DNA from: an uncultured Vampirovibrionales bacterium
GTDB lineage: Bacteria; Cyanobacteriota; Vampirovibrionia; Vampirovibrionales; Vampirovibrionaceae
Assembly (NCBI GenBank): GCA_964654525.1
Contig: CAZZIY010000002.1
Span: 1 to 27,916 of the forward strand
Direction of reading: 5' to 3'
Length of the DNA stretch: 27,916 nucleotides
The stretch's first letter is position 1. Each line of letters begins with the position of its first letter. The translations under genes were made by a program, and so were the position numbers. Under the pieces are notes generated by a model, which was given only the letters and a program-made list of their open reading frames with translations, had not been told where the DNA came from and did not search any database. Positions 11,229-20,117 of the stretch are shown here, piece by piece.

Positions 11229-11774
11229 ATGGCAGCAGTCAATGGTGGTTTTGGACAAGATCCATACGCCCAATACCGGCAACTGATGAATAGTTACGGA
11301 GTGTTTGCAGGGGTTAATCCGGGAAATTATCCTCAACAGCGGGGGCTAACTACAGCCGATCAACTCAACCAGTACCCAGTGCAAGGGCTTGGTGGTGGAG
11401 CCAATCAAGGTTTGAATGGGATTTTTGGTGTAAACGCTCAAAGTCCTGTCGGCACTAACTTTGGAGCCGGATTTGGTCTTGGCGCAGCGGGCGGGCTGCA
11501 AAACACCCAAGGCTCTCAACAGGCGTACGATTCTACCAACGCGATTTTGCAGCAACAAGGCATTCTCGGGGGAACTACCTCGATTCTTGGGTGGTTGTCT
11601 CAACTAAAGCAGTCCTTGGGGCTTGGCAATATGTCTGAAATGGATCAGGTTCAAAATATGTCCAATAGTGCCATAGCACAAGCAGCCAAAGCATTACGAG
11701 ATACACAAGCCGATGTGCAGGCTCGAGGTGGTCAAAAGGCACCTCAGGCTCAGCAGCAACAGGCAAAACAGTAA
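11229..11774 (+). CDS. Hypothetical G/Q/N-rich low-complexity protein (181 aa)
   Basis: GGAGG RBS upstream of ATG; fills the gap between minE and the next ORF; no family recognised. Confidence 0.75.
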   Translation: MAAVNGGFGQDPYAQYRQLMNSYGVFAGVNPGNYPQQRGLTTADQLNQYPVQGLGGGANQGLNGIFGVNAQSPVGTNFGAGFGLGAAGGLQNTQGSQQAYDSTNAILQQQGILGGTTSILGWLSQLKQSLGLGNMSEMDQVQNMSNSAIAQAAKALRDTQADVQARGGQKAPQAQQQQAKQ

Positions 11775-11788
11775 TAAGGGGTCAATTA

Positions 11789-11912
11789 GGGGTGGAAACG
11801 AAACGTAGATCCAATATCGATCCTCAAAGGACGTCGGGTCTACTTGTTGGAACGGCCAAGGACAGCTTCGGGGGAACACAAATCGCTGTCCTTGGGATTT
11901 TCTTTCCGCATC
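11789..11912. other. Predicted multi-stem intergenic RNA structure (back-to-back terminators or cis-regulatory RNA)
   Basis: Hairpins 11805-11812/11836-11843 and 11856-11866/11885-11895 (perfect 11 bp); possible closing stem 11789-11803/11899-11912. Confidence 0.55.
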
Positions 11913-11934
11913 GCTTTCAGTTAGGATGGCTGCC

Positions 11935-13236
11935 ATGGAACCCATAAAGCCAGATTCAAGACTACCAGACGTGAGAAGCCTAAACAGTAGGAATCTCCCT
12001 GCACAACCGTCACAGGGCCCTAATCCGGCCCCTAATATGGCCAATATGGCTACGGGTGTGTCTGGTACTTTGTCACAAGCAGCACAAAATAAATTACCCT
12101 CTGCTGGATCCAATACAGTCGTTTCTACGGCCACCGCCAGTGGGATGCTGGCGGCCGGAAAAATGGTGACCAGTCCCTCTCAAGGCAACCCGGGCAATAT
12201 GGGGGGAAATTCAGGTGGCAAGTCACTGTCAGGTATGCAGACTCCGTCTCGGCAAAGTACTGGGCCGCTTACCCCAATGCCACAAGACTCTATGTTTGGC
12301 GGTATTTCTCCGCAAGCTACAGATTCGCCGTCGCTGGGAATGACCCGACCCGAGAGACCTCGGCCCAACCCCTTGCCAAATACGTTTCCACAGGTGAGAA
12401 TTCCCTTTTATCAGGCCCGCTCAACAGTTGCTCGGTATCAAATTCAGGATGAGACAGGCTTTGCTAAAACGCTGACACCAGAAAAGTTAAACCAACTGGA
12501 AATAGAGCTGACTCAAGTGGCACAACGGATAGCGCCAGAAGAAAAATTACCCAAAGGTCAAGTTCGTCAATTGCTCGAAGAGGTTTTGCATCCCGCGCTG
12601 ACTCAAAATCTCCTAAAAGAAAAGCGCCTGGAGCCCACTTCGCAACAAGACCTTGCCCTTCTTCATCTGGACCCCTTAACCGGGGTTCCGGAGGCCAGTA
12701 GACTGGCTAGCGCTTCAGGCAATAGCGTTCAATCTGACCTCAAAGCAAAGTTGCTTGCCTTTCTGCCCTGGTATCCTCTTGCGGATCAGGTGCCTTTTCG
12801 GCTGCACATCGCTGAATATCTCCAGGACGACCGCCCGACCGGAAGTGGTGGCGGGAGTATCTCCAATCTCTCTGTGTTTATTCAAACCACTCACCTGGGT
12901 AGCTACCGTATAGCCCTAGAAACAGATGCGCACGGGGCTCTTTTGATGGAAGTTGGCTATTCTTCTGAAGCCAAAGCATTTGCACCTCTGATTCAACAAA
13001 TGCTTCAGAAAATCCTGGCAGCCAATGCCGCCCAAAATCCCGCAAACAGCCTGCTGATGAAAGCACTGCCGGAGCCAAGAAAACAGACGCTCTTATCTGA
13101 GTCTGCCCGTGAAAAAACCGATTTACCAGAGCGCGTCGTCAGAATCTCACCCGGACAAGGCCTGGTGGTCCCGCTAATCCGGCTGGCCCAGCAGGTGGTC
13201 GAAGCCATTTGCGATCTGGATGTGAGAAAAACCTAG
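11935..13236 (+). CDS. Hypothetical protein: disordered S/P/G/M-rich N-terminus, possible FliK/YscP-like C-terminal domain
   Basis: Long ORF (open from 11926; AGGA RBS favours ATG 11935). C-terminal [16 protein letters not shown]...LLMEVGY...[11 protein letters not shown] resembles the Flg_hook/T3S4 pattern by eye only. Confidence 0.7.
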   Translation: MEPIKPDSRLPDVRSLNSRNLPAQPSQGPNPAPNMANMATGVSGTLSQAAQNKLPSAGSNTVVSTATASGMLAAGKMVTSPSQGNPGNMGGNSGGKSLSGMQTPSRQSTGPLTPMPQDSMFGGISPQATDSPSLGMTRPERPRPNPLPNTFPQVRIPFYQARSTVARYQIQDETGFAKTLTPEKLNQLEIELTQVAQRIAPEEKLPKGQVRQLLEEVLHPALTQNLLKEKRLEPTSQQDLALLHLDPLTGVPEASRLASASGNSVQSDLKAKLLAFLPWYPLADQVPFRLHIAEYLQDDRPTGSGGGSISNLSVFIQTTHLGSYRIALETDAHGALLMEVGYSSEAKAFAPLIQQMLQKILAANAAQNPANSLLMKALPEPRKQTLLSESAREKTDLPERVVRISPGQGLVVPLIRLAQQVVEAICDLDVRKT

Positions 13237-13601
13237 AAGTCCAGACCGGCTTCGCGTGCAGCAGTGGCCAGTGCGCTAATACGGCCGTGGTAAAGATTAC
13301 CACCCCGGTCAAAGACGACTTTTTCAATCCCTTTGGTTTTGGCGCGCTTGGCGACCAAGGCACCGACTTCTTTGGCGGCATCTAAATTGGCACCGGTCTT
13401 CAACTTGGCACGCAGTTCTTTATCAATGGAACTGGCAGACACCAAGGTGATGGACTGGGAATCGTCAATGACTTGAGCGTAGATATGTTTGCCGCTTCGG
13501 TAGATAGCCAGTCTGGGGCGCTCAGGAGTGCCCGCCAGGTGGTTTCTCAAGCGGTAGTGGCGCTTACGCGTGTTTTCTTTACGGTTTGCTTTGGTGATCA
13601 T
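13233..13601 (-). CDS. rplR: 50S ribosomal protein L18
   Basis: [20 protein letters not shown]...[26 protein letters not shown]. Confidence 0.98.
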   Translation of the reverse strand: MITKANRKENTRKRHYRLRNHLAGTPERPRLAIYRSGKHIYAQVIDDSQSITLVSASSIDKELRAKLKTGANLDAAKEVGALVAKRAKTKGIEKVVFDRGGNLYHGRISALATAAREAGLDF

Positions 13602-13634
13602 GGCGTGGAACGCGCTCCTTAATGAATCTTGTGC

Positions 13635-13684
13635 TTATTTCTTACCGGCCTTACCGGCTATTATTTTTTACCGGCCTTACCGGC
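13635..13684. repeat. 24-nt duplication (period 26, one mismatch) of the rplF 3' end including its stop codon
   Basis: TTATTTCTTACCGGCCTTACCGGC at 13635 and TTATTTTTTACCGGCCTTACCGGC at 13661. Confidence 0.95.
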
Positions 13685-14200
13685 CTTGCGACGGATTTTT
13701 TCACCCGCGTACTTCACACCCTTGCCTTTATAGGGCTCAGGTGGGCGTTTGCTGCGAATCAGTGCGGTAATATCACCCACTGTTTGCTTGTCCGCCCCTT
13801 TGACTTGGAGCTTGGTATTGCCTTCCACGGTAATCTCAATGCCAGCAGGGGCAATGATTTCAACAGGATGGCTGTAACCCAGCGCCAATGTAAGTTTATT
13901 GCCTTGAACGGCGGCTTTGTAGCCCACGCCGACAATCTCAAGATTTTTAGTAAAACCAACAGAGACGCCTTGCACCATATTACTGAGAAGGGTTCGACTG
14001 AGACCGTGTAACGAACGAGACAGTCGCTCTTCATTGACACGGGTAACAGTGATCACATTGCCTTCGCGCTCAATCTTCACTTCGGGGCGAAATGTGCGGG
14101 TCAATGTGCCAAGAGGGCCTTTCACAGTCACTTGCTGAGCCTGAATGGTCACTTCAACTTTATCTGGAATGGGGATGGGGGCTTTTCCAATTCGCGACAT
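13661..14200 (-). CDS. rplF: 50S ribosomal protein L6
   Basis: MSRIGKAPI..., LGYSHPV, RPPEPYKGKGVKY. Confidence 0.99.
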   Translation of the reverse strand: MSRIGKAPIPIPDKVEVTIQAQQVTVKGPLGTLTRTFRPEVKIEREGNVITVTRVNEERLSRSLHGLSRTLLSNMVQGVSVGFTKNLEIVGVGYKAAVQGNKLTLALGYSHPVEIIAPAGIEITVEGNTKLQVKGADKQTVGDITALIRSKRPPEPYKGKGVKYAGEKIRRKAGKAGKK

Positions 14201-14255
14201 TGCCGGTTATTTCACCTCTAATAATTGATTGAATACTAAATTTACGGACTCGTAT

Positions 14256-14657
14256 TTACTGAATGGTGCAGAGGGCTTCACCACCAACACGCTCGCGACG
14301 GGCATCGCGGTCAGTGAGGAGACCTTTATTGGTGGACAGTACAACAATCCCTGCCCCAGAAAGGATACGGGGGATGTTATCCACACGGTAGTACTTTCTC
14401 AGACCTGGCCGGCTCACCCGACGGATGCTACGAATAGCAGGAAAGCCGGTGGCGTCGTATTTCAATAGAATACGAAGGAGTTGGTCTTTTCGGCCGTCCT
14501 GATCTCGAAGCTCGTAACCACGAATGTAACCTTCTCGCAGAAGCAATTTGGCCATTTCAATCTTGAGCTTAGAAGACTGGACTTCGGTATTGGGGAGACT
14601 CACCCGGCAAGCATTACGGATGCGGGTCAGAAAATCGGCGATGGGATCTGTATTCAT
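14256..14657 (-). CDS. rpsH: 30S ribosomal protein S8
   Basis: TDPIADFLTRIRNA, RVSRPGLRKY, STNKGLLTDRDAR...VGGE. Confidence 0.99.
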   Translation of the reverse strand: MNTDPIADFLTRIRNACRVSLPNTEVQSSKLKIEMAKLLLREGYIRGYELRDQDGRKDQLLRILLKYDATGFPAIRSIRRVSRPGLRKYYRVDNIPRILSGAGIVVLSTNKGLLTDRDARRERVGGEALCTIQ

Positions 14658-14694
14658 CGGTGATGGGTTCTCTTCAGTTTCAATGGACTTTTGA

Positions 14695-14901
14695 CTACCA
14701 GCTGGACTTGGTCACGCCGGGCAACTTGCCCTCGTGAGAGAGTTTCCGCAGGCACAACCGACAGATTCCAAACAGTCGGTAATACGCCCGTGGACGGCCG
14801 CACAAACTGCAGCGATTACGGAGCTTGATTTTGGGCAACTGGCCTTTAGCAGCCAGCTTTTGCCGCTTTTCTTCTTTTAAAATCATGGATAATTTGGCCA
14901 C
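14695..14901 (-). CDS. rpsN: 30S ribosomal protein S14, short Zn-binding (type Z)
   Basis: [23 protein letters not shown]...PGVTKSSW (two CxxC motifs). Confidence 0.97.
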   Translation of the reverse strand: MAKLSMILKEEKRQKLAAKGQLPKIKLRNRCSLCGRPRAYYRLFGICRLCLRKLSHEGKLPGVTKSSW

Positions 14902-14928
14902 GAAAGAATTCTCCTAGATAACGTCTGT

Positions 14929-15510
14929 TTATGAGGCGGCTGACTGCGGGGGTTGCTGCTTGTCAGCGCCCGCTTTTTTGAAAGGGAAGCCCAGATGCGC
15001 CAGCAATGCTTTGGCGTCTGAGTCTTGAACGGCAGTGGTGACAATGGTGACATTCATCCCGCGAAGTCGTTGGACCTTGTCATACTCAATTTCCGGGAAA
15101 ACCAACTGGTCTTTTAGACCCAGGTTGTAGTTGCCCCGACCGTCAAAGCCTTTATCACTCAGTCCTCGAAAATCGCGAATCCGGGGAATGGCAATCTCGT
15201 TAAGCTTGGCCAGAAAATCAAACATCCGCTGGCCGCGCAGTGTGACGCGGGCGCCAACCGGCATGCCTTTGCGGATTTTGAAACCGGCGATGGATTTTTT
15301 GGCCCGGGTGACCACAGGCTTTTGACCCGTAATCGAGGTAAGTTCTTGAATCCCACCGTCAAAAATCTTGGCATTCTGGGCACCGTCGCCCAAACCAACA
15401 TTGACCACAACTTTCACCAGGCGAGGCACCTGATATGGGTTTTCATACCCCAGCTCTTTCATCAGGGCTTTGGTGGTCTCTTGTTCGTAACGTTCTTTTA
15501 GAGTGGCCAT
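14929..15510 (-). CDS. rplE: 50S ribosomal protein L5
   Basis: [43 protein letters not shown]...FDGRGNY. Confidence 0.99.
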   Translation of the reverse strand: MATLKERYEQETTKALMKELGYENPYQVPRLVKVVVNVGLGDGAQNAKIFDGGIQELTSITGQKPVVTRAKKSIAGFKIRKGMPVGARVTLRGQRMFDFLAKLNEIAIPRIRDFRGLSDKGFDGRGNYNLGLKDQLVFPEIEYDKVQRLRGMNVTIVTTAVQDSDAKALLAHLGFPFKKAGADKQQPPQSAAS

Positions 15511-15566
15511 AAGGGTTAATCTCGTCTTGTCTTGGGGGCTAACATAAAATTGAGTCTTTGTGTCCT

Positions 15567-15953
15567 CTAGTCGTCCAGCTGCTCGCCGGACTTCTTGGCG
15601 ATACGGACGCGCTTGGTCTTACCACTGGTGTCTTGGGCTGTCCCACGTCGAATCCGGGTGGGCTGAGACGATTTTAAATCGTACACCATCACCTTGGACA
15701 GATGCAATGGGGCTTCTTTTTCAACAATCCCGCCACGGTCTCCAGCCATTGGGTTGGGTTTTACGGCTTTTTTCACCATATTCAACCCGTCAACCAAAAC
15801 CTGGTTTTTGTCGGACAAAACCCGTTTTACTGTGCCGGTTTTGCCTTTGTCTTTCCCGGCAATCACCATGACAGTGTCCCCTTTTTTGACATGAAATTTA
15901 GCCGGAGCAGACGCACTGCTTTTTTTATTGACTGATTTTTGACGCGTTAACAT
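15567..15953 (-). CDS. rplX: 50S ribosomal protein L24
   Basis: KOW motif [29 protein letters not shown]. Confidence 0.98.
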   Translation of the reverse strand: MLTRQKSVNKKSSASAPAKFHVKKGDTVMVIAGKDKGKTGTVKRVLSDKNQVLVDGLNMVKKAVKPNPMAGDRGGIVEKEAPLHLSKVMVYDLKSSQPTRIRRGTAQDTSGKTKRVRIAKKSGEQLDD

Positions 15954-15968
15954 GAGGGGTATAGCTCC

Positions 15969-16331
15969 TTAAAGGACTTCGGGGGCAAGTGAGACGATTT
16001 TCATATAATTCTTTTCACGGAGTTCACGGGCGATTGGGCCAAAAACCCGGGTGCCACGTGGGTTGCCGTCTTTGTTGATAATGACAGCTGCATTATCATC
16101 AAAAGAAATGGTGGAACCATCAGAACGCCGAGAACCAAATTTGGTCCGGACAATCACGGCTTTGACGATATCAGACTTTTTGACGCCCGCGTTGGGCTGG
16201 GCTTTTTTGACAACGGCAACCACCGTATCGCCAATACTGGCATACTCACCGCCACTGAGGACCCGAATGCACATTAATTCGAGTGCGCCGGTGTTGTCGG
16301 CAACCGTTAATCTTGTTTGGGGCTGAATCAT
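15969..16331 (-). CDS. rplN: 50S ribosomal protein L14
   Basis: [39 protein letters not shown]. Confidence 0.99.
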   Translation of the reverse strand: MIQPQTRLTVADNTGALELMCIRVLSGGEYASIGDTVVAVVKKAQPNAGVKKSDIVKAVIVRTKFGSRRSDGSTISFDDNAAVIINKDGNPRGTRVFGPIARELREKNYMKIVSLAPEVL

Positions 16332-16382
16332 GGGACTGTATTCCTAATTAATTCGATTTGCTTGGAACGAGGCTTTTGTGAA

Positions 16383-16634
16383 CTAGGCTTCCTGGATTTT
16401 TTCCAGGACAGTTTTGAGCTGCCAGGTTTTTTCTTTGCTCAGCGGACGGCATTCCACAATGCTGACCACATCGCCGACGTTGCACTCGTTGTTTTCATCG
16501 TGTGCTTTAAACTTGGCGGTTTTGCTTTGGTATTTACCGTACTTGGTGTGGGGTTGTTTTTCCTGAACGGCCACCACAATGGTTTTGTTCATTTTATTGG
16601 AGACAACTTTACCGACAATTTCTTTCTTGGGCAT
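16383..16634 (-). CDS. rpsQ: 30S ribosomal protein S17
   Basis: [20 protein letters not shown]...[18 protein letters not shown]. Confidence 0.99.
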   Translation of the reverse strand: MPKKEIVGKVVSNKMNKTIVVAVQEKQPHTKYGKYQSKTAKFKAHDENNECNVGDVVSIVECRPLSKEKTWQLKTVLEKIQEA

Positions 16635-16651
16635 AGTGCGTGAGACCTTTA

Positions 16652-16846
16652 TTAATTGGCGCGTTCTTGTTCACGGAGAATGGTTTTAATTTGAGCAATT
16701 TTATGACGCTGCGTGCGAAAGACCGCAGTGTTTTCCAGTTGATTGAGTGACTTTTTAAAGCGAGCCTCAAAGAGTGTTTTTTGTGAGACTTCTAATTCTT
16801 TTAACAACTCATCTGCTTTGAGATTGCGCAGTTCAGTTATTTTCAT
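16652..16846 (-). CDS. rpmC: 50S ribosomal protein L29
   Basis: [12 protein letters not shown]...[13 protein letters not shown]; ATG 16846 overlaps the rplP stop region. Confidence 0.95.
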   Translation of the reverse strand: MKITELRNLKADELLKELEVSQKTLFEARFKKSLNQLENTAVFRTQRHKIAQIKTILREQERAN

Positions 16847-17300
16847 GAGTATCAGCACCTCTTACACCAGCATCTCCTGGGCCTTCGAGTAAACGGTCTT
16901 TGACAACAATCTTGGTTCGAATCGGAAGCTTTTGTGCCGCCAGTTCAAGGGCCCGAACAGCAACGGCTTCGGAAATACCGTCCATCTCAAAGAGAATTTT
17001 GCCCGGTTTCACAACGGCGACCCAGTACTCAGGATTCCCTTTTCCAGAACCCATCCGGGTTTCTGCGGGCTTCTGTGTAACAGGCTTATCCGGAAAAATA
17101 CGAATCCAAATTTTGCCGCCCCGGCGAACACTACGGGTCATCGCCCGTCGAGCTGCCTCAATTTGGCGACTGGTTAGCCAACCAGGGTCTGTGGTTTGTA
17201 GGGCAAAAGAGCCAAAATGCACAGTGGTTCCTCGGGTTTCAGTACCCTTCATGGTGCCGCGCATCTGCTTGCGGTATTTGGTTCGTTTCGGCATTAACAT
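16833..17300 (-). CDS. rplP: 50S ribosomal protein L16
   Basis: [49 protein letters not shown]. Confidence 0.99.
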   Translation of the reverse strand: MLMPKRTKYRKQMRGTMKGTETRGTTVHFGSFALQTTDPGWLTSRQIEAARRAMTRSVRRGGKIWIRIFPDKPVTQKPAETRMGSGKGNPEYWVAVVKPGKILFEMDGISEAVAVRALELAAQKLPIRTKIVVKDRLLEGPGDAGVRGADTHENN

Positions 17301-17350
17301 CGGTTTAACAATCCTATATGAGTTCTATACGGGGGTGAATGGATACTTGG

Positions 17351-18256
17351 TTAGTCTTTTTTCTCGGGCTCAGGGGCTGAGGCAGAGGGTGATTCAGACG
17401 GGGCGATATCATCAATGGTCTTGGTAACCACTTTCCCGGCACGCCCACGACCACCGCCACCAGGCCTGTTACCACCTGGGCCACCAGGAGCACGTCCGCC
17501 AGGTTGATTATTTCCGCGACCACGACGACCGCCCGCTGCTTGCAGACCGGCGCCTTGGTTACCACCTGCGTTGCCTTCTTCACCTTCATTGGTGCGAAGT
17601 TTGACGTTGGGTGTTACTTTTTCGCCAGGCATCACTTCACCTTTAAAGATCCAGACCTTCACGCCAATGATCCCAAAGACAGTCAGTGACTCGGAAAAGC
17701 CGTAATCGATATCGGCACGGAATGTGTGCAGTGGAATCCGGCCTTCTTTGGCCCACTCAGTTCGGGCAATCTCTGTACCACCCAAACGACCAGCGACCAT
17801 CACCTTGATTCCTTTGACACCAGAACGCATCGCGCGTTGAATTGCTTGCTTCATACAGCGGCGAAAGGGCATCCGTTTTTCCAGTTGTTGGGCAATGGAT
17901 TCAGCAATCAACTGAGCTTCCGCATCAGGACGGGCCACTTCAATCACATCGAGACGAATATCTTTACGTTGGGTGCGGGTTTGCAACTCTTGACGTAGAA
18001 CGTCTAAGCCTTGGCCACCACGACCGACAACCACACCGGGACGACCCGTAATTAAGCGAATAATCAGTCGTTGGGCTTTGCGGTCGATTTCAACACGGCT
18101 CAAAGCGGCATTTTTCAGCTTTTTATGCAAAAAGCGACGAATGGTGTCGTCTTCTTTGACGTATTTGGCGTAATTCTTCTTATCGGCAATCCAGTTGCTA
18201 TCCCAGGATTGGATAATGCCGAGTCGTATGCCTCTTGGATGAACCTTTTGTCCCAC
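17351..18256 (-). CDS. rpsC: 30S ribosomal protein S3 with Gly/Arg-rich C-terminal extension
   Basis: MGQKVHPRGIRLGI, GRLGGTEIARTE, GRIPLHTFRADIDY. Confidence 0.99.
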   Translation of the reverse strand: MGQKVHPRGIRLGIIQSWDSNWIADKKNYAKYVKEDDTIRRFLHKKLKNAALSRVEIDRKAQRLIIRLITGRPGVVVGRGGQGLDVLRQELQTRTQRKDIRLDVIEVARPDAEAQLIAESIAQQLEKRMPFRRCMKQAIQRAMRSGVKGIKVMVAGRLGGTEIARTEWAKEGRIPLHTFRADIDYGFSESLTVFGIIGVKVWIFKGEVMPGEKVTPNVKLRTNEGEEGNAGGNQGAGLQAAGGRRGRGNNQPGGRAPGGPGGNRPGGGGRGRAGKVVTKTIDDIAPSESPSASAPEPEKKD

Positions 18257-18281
18257 GGGGGTATTTCTCCTCGTTAGCCGC

Positions 18282-18623
18282 TTATGGTGAGCCTGCCACT
18301 TTGACGTGAATCGTCAAGTGGGAGGTGGGTTTTTCACGACGATACATCCGCCCTTGGGCCCGTGGCTTAAACCGTTTGTAAGCGGGGCCTTCATCGGCGA
18401 AGACTTTGTTGATCACCAGCTGATCAGGGCTGGCACCAAACTTGAGTTGTGCATTATGGGTGGCTTCCACCAGCTTTTTGAGCACCACATAGGCGGCACG
18501 GTATGGCATCAGGCGTAAAATGTTGTACGCCTCAGGCACCCGTTTCCCGCGAATGGTATTAATCACCCGGCGAATTTTACGGGGAGACATAATGATGTAA
18601 GTTTGCTTGGCGGTGGCTTCCAT
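18282..18623 (-). CDS. rplV: 50S ribosomal protein L22
   Basis: SPRKIRRVINTIRG, ADEGPAYKRFKPRAQGR. Confidence 0.99.
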   Translation of the reverse strand: MEATAKQTYIIMSPRKIRRVINTIRGKRVPEAYNILRLMPYRAAYVVLKKLVEATHNAQLKFGASPDQLVINKVFADEGPAYKRFKPRAQGRMYRREKPTSHLTIHVKVAGSP

Positions 18624-18665
18624 TTTAAAAGCAGTCCTTATTTACTGTTTGCTTGAGCTTATTTC

Positions 18666-18950
18666 TTAGCGCTTGGCTTTGGCTTTTTTATCTGTGCCCG
18701 CGTGACCGCGGAAGAATCGAGTCGGTGCAAATTCACCCAGTTTATGGCCAATCATCTGTTCTGTGACATAGACGGGCACGTGTTTTTGACCGTTGTGCAC
18801 CGCAATGGTGTGGCCGATCATATCGGGGGTAATCATCGAACGGCGTGACCAGGTCTTCACCACCCGCTTGTCACCGGTGTTATTCAGACCGTCCAGCTTT
18901 TTCTGGAGATGGTCATCGACGAAAGGTCCTTTTTTGAGTGAACGTGCCAT
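18666..18950 (-). CDS. rpsS: 30S ribosomal protein S19
   Basis: [32 protein letters not shown]. Confidence 0.99.
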   Translation of the reverse strand: MARSLKKGPFVDDHLQKKLDGLNNTGDKRVVKTWSRRSMITPDMIGHTIAVHNGQKHVPVYVTEQMIGHKLGEFAPTRFFRGHAGTDKKAKAKR

Positions 18951-18983
18951 AGAGTCAAGGCGCTCCTGTTAATTGATTCGCTG

Positions 18984-19814
18984 TTATTTGGTCCGACGAC
19001 GGACAATATACTTGTTGGTTTCGTGCTTACGCTTACGGGTTTTGTATCCCAAAGTGGGCTTACCCCAAGGTGTGACAGGGCTAGGACGGCCAATCGGCGC
19101 CTTGCCTTCACCACCCCCGTGAGGGTGATCCACCGGGTTCATCACCACCCCGCGGACTGTGGGACGAATCCCCTTCCAGCGGGTACGGCCGGCTTTACCG
19201 ACGGTCATGTTTTTAAAATCAGAATTACTCAGAACACCAATAGTGGCGTAACAGCCTTGTCTCACTAGGCGCATCTCAGAACTGGGCAAGCGAAGTGTGA
19301 CATAATCACCTTCTTTGGCCACGATTTGTGCTGAACCACCCGCTGTGCGGACCATTTGCCCGCCCCGTCCCGGTACGAGTTCAATATTATGAACCTGTGT
19401 ACCCAGGGGGATCGATTTCAAAGGGAGGGCATTACCCGGTTTAATATCGGATTGCGGACCGCTGATAACCCGGTCACCGACTTTAAGTCCTTCAGGCAAC
19501 AAAATATAGCGCTTTTCACCATCTGCGTAGGTCACCAGCGCAATGCGAACATTACGGTTAGGATCATACTCAACGGTACTGATCACCGCAGGAATATCAA
19601 TTTTGTTCCGGCGAAAATCAATCACACGGTAAGCCTGCTTGTGCCCGCCGCCCTTATGACGACATGTGATGCGCCCGTAAGAATTGCGACCAGAATGCTT
19701 TGTCAGCTTACGAAGCAACGGCTTGTGAGGCTTGTTGGTCGTAATATCTGAACTCTCCAGACGGGACATGCCCCGGGTTCCGGCAGAGGTGGGTTTTAAT
19801 GTACGAATGGCCAT
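18984..19814 (-). CDS. rplB: 50S ribosomal protein L2
   Basis: [33 protein letters not shown]. Confidence 0.99.
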   Translation of the reverse strand: MAIRTLKPTSAGTRGMSRLESSDITTNKPHKPLLRKLTKHSGRNSYGRITCRHKGGGHKQAYRVIDFRRNKIDIPAVISTVEYDPNRNVRIALVTYADGEKRYILLPEGLKVGDRVISGPQSDIKPGNALPLKSIPLGTQVHNIELVPGRGGQMVRTAGGSAQIVAKEGDYVTLRLPSSEMRLVRQGCYATIGVLSNSDFKNMTVGKAGRTRWKGIRPTVRGVVMNPVDHPHGGGEGKAPIGRPSPVTPWGKPTLGYKTRKRKHETNKYIVRRRTK

Positions 19815-19820
19815 AGTGAC

Positions 19821-20117
19821 TTATACCTCTGTAAATAATTCAATCGGATCACCCGTGATGGAGAAAATTGCCTTGAGGCGTTCGGGTGTTTTGCCCACAC
19901 GGCGTCCCACCCGTTTATCACGTGGGGGAATCTTAATCAGTCGAACAGCATTGACTTTGCGACCAGGGAAGGCCAGTTCAAAGGCTTTGCTCAATTCAAC
20001 TTTGTTGGCATCTTTACGGACTTCAAACACATACTGTCCAATTTCGGCCAACTGCGTGGTTTTTTCGCTGACGATCGGGCGTTTCAGCAAGTCATAAAGC
20101 GTGGCGGCATTAGCCAT
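19821..20117 (-). CDS. rplW: 50S ribosomal protein L23
   Basis: RPIVSEKT, YVFEVRKDANKVEL, KAIFS; ATG 20117 overlaps the rplD stop. Confidence 0.95.
   Translation of the reverse strand: MANAATLYDLLKRPIVSEKTTQLAEIGQYVFEVRKDANKVELSKAFELAFPGRKVNAVRLIKIPPRDKRVGRRVGKTPERLKAIFSITGDPIELFTEV

Noticed and set aside
11229-11774. Reb (R-body) or gas vesicle protein assignment
   Set aside because: Only compositional similarity; the Reb VNxQITDxVTQ-type motif is absent.
11789-11912. Assignment of the structured element to 5S rRNA, SRP RNA, hammerhead ribozyme or a known riboswitch
   Set aside because: Lacks the diagnostic motifs I could check by eye (5S CCGAAC/GAUGGUAG, SRP GGAA tetraloop-AGCAG, hammerhead CUGAUGA, TPP CUGAGA).
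16833-20117. Gene overlaps rplP/rpmC (14 nt) and rplD/rplW (8 nt)
   Set aside because: Normal translational coupling in the S10 operon.
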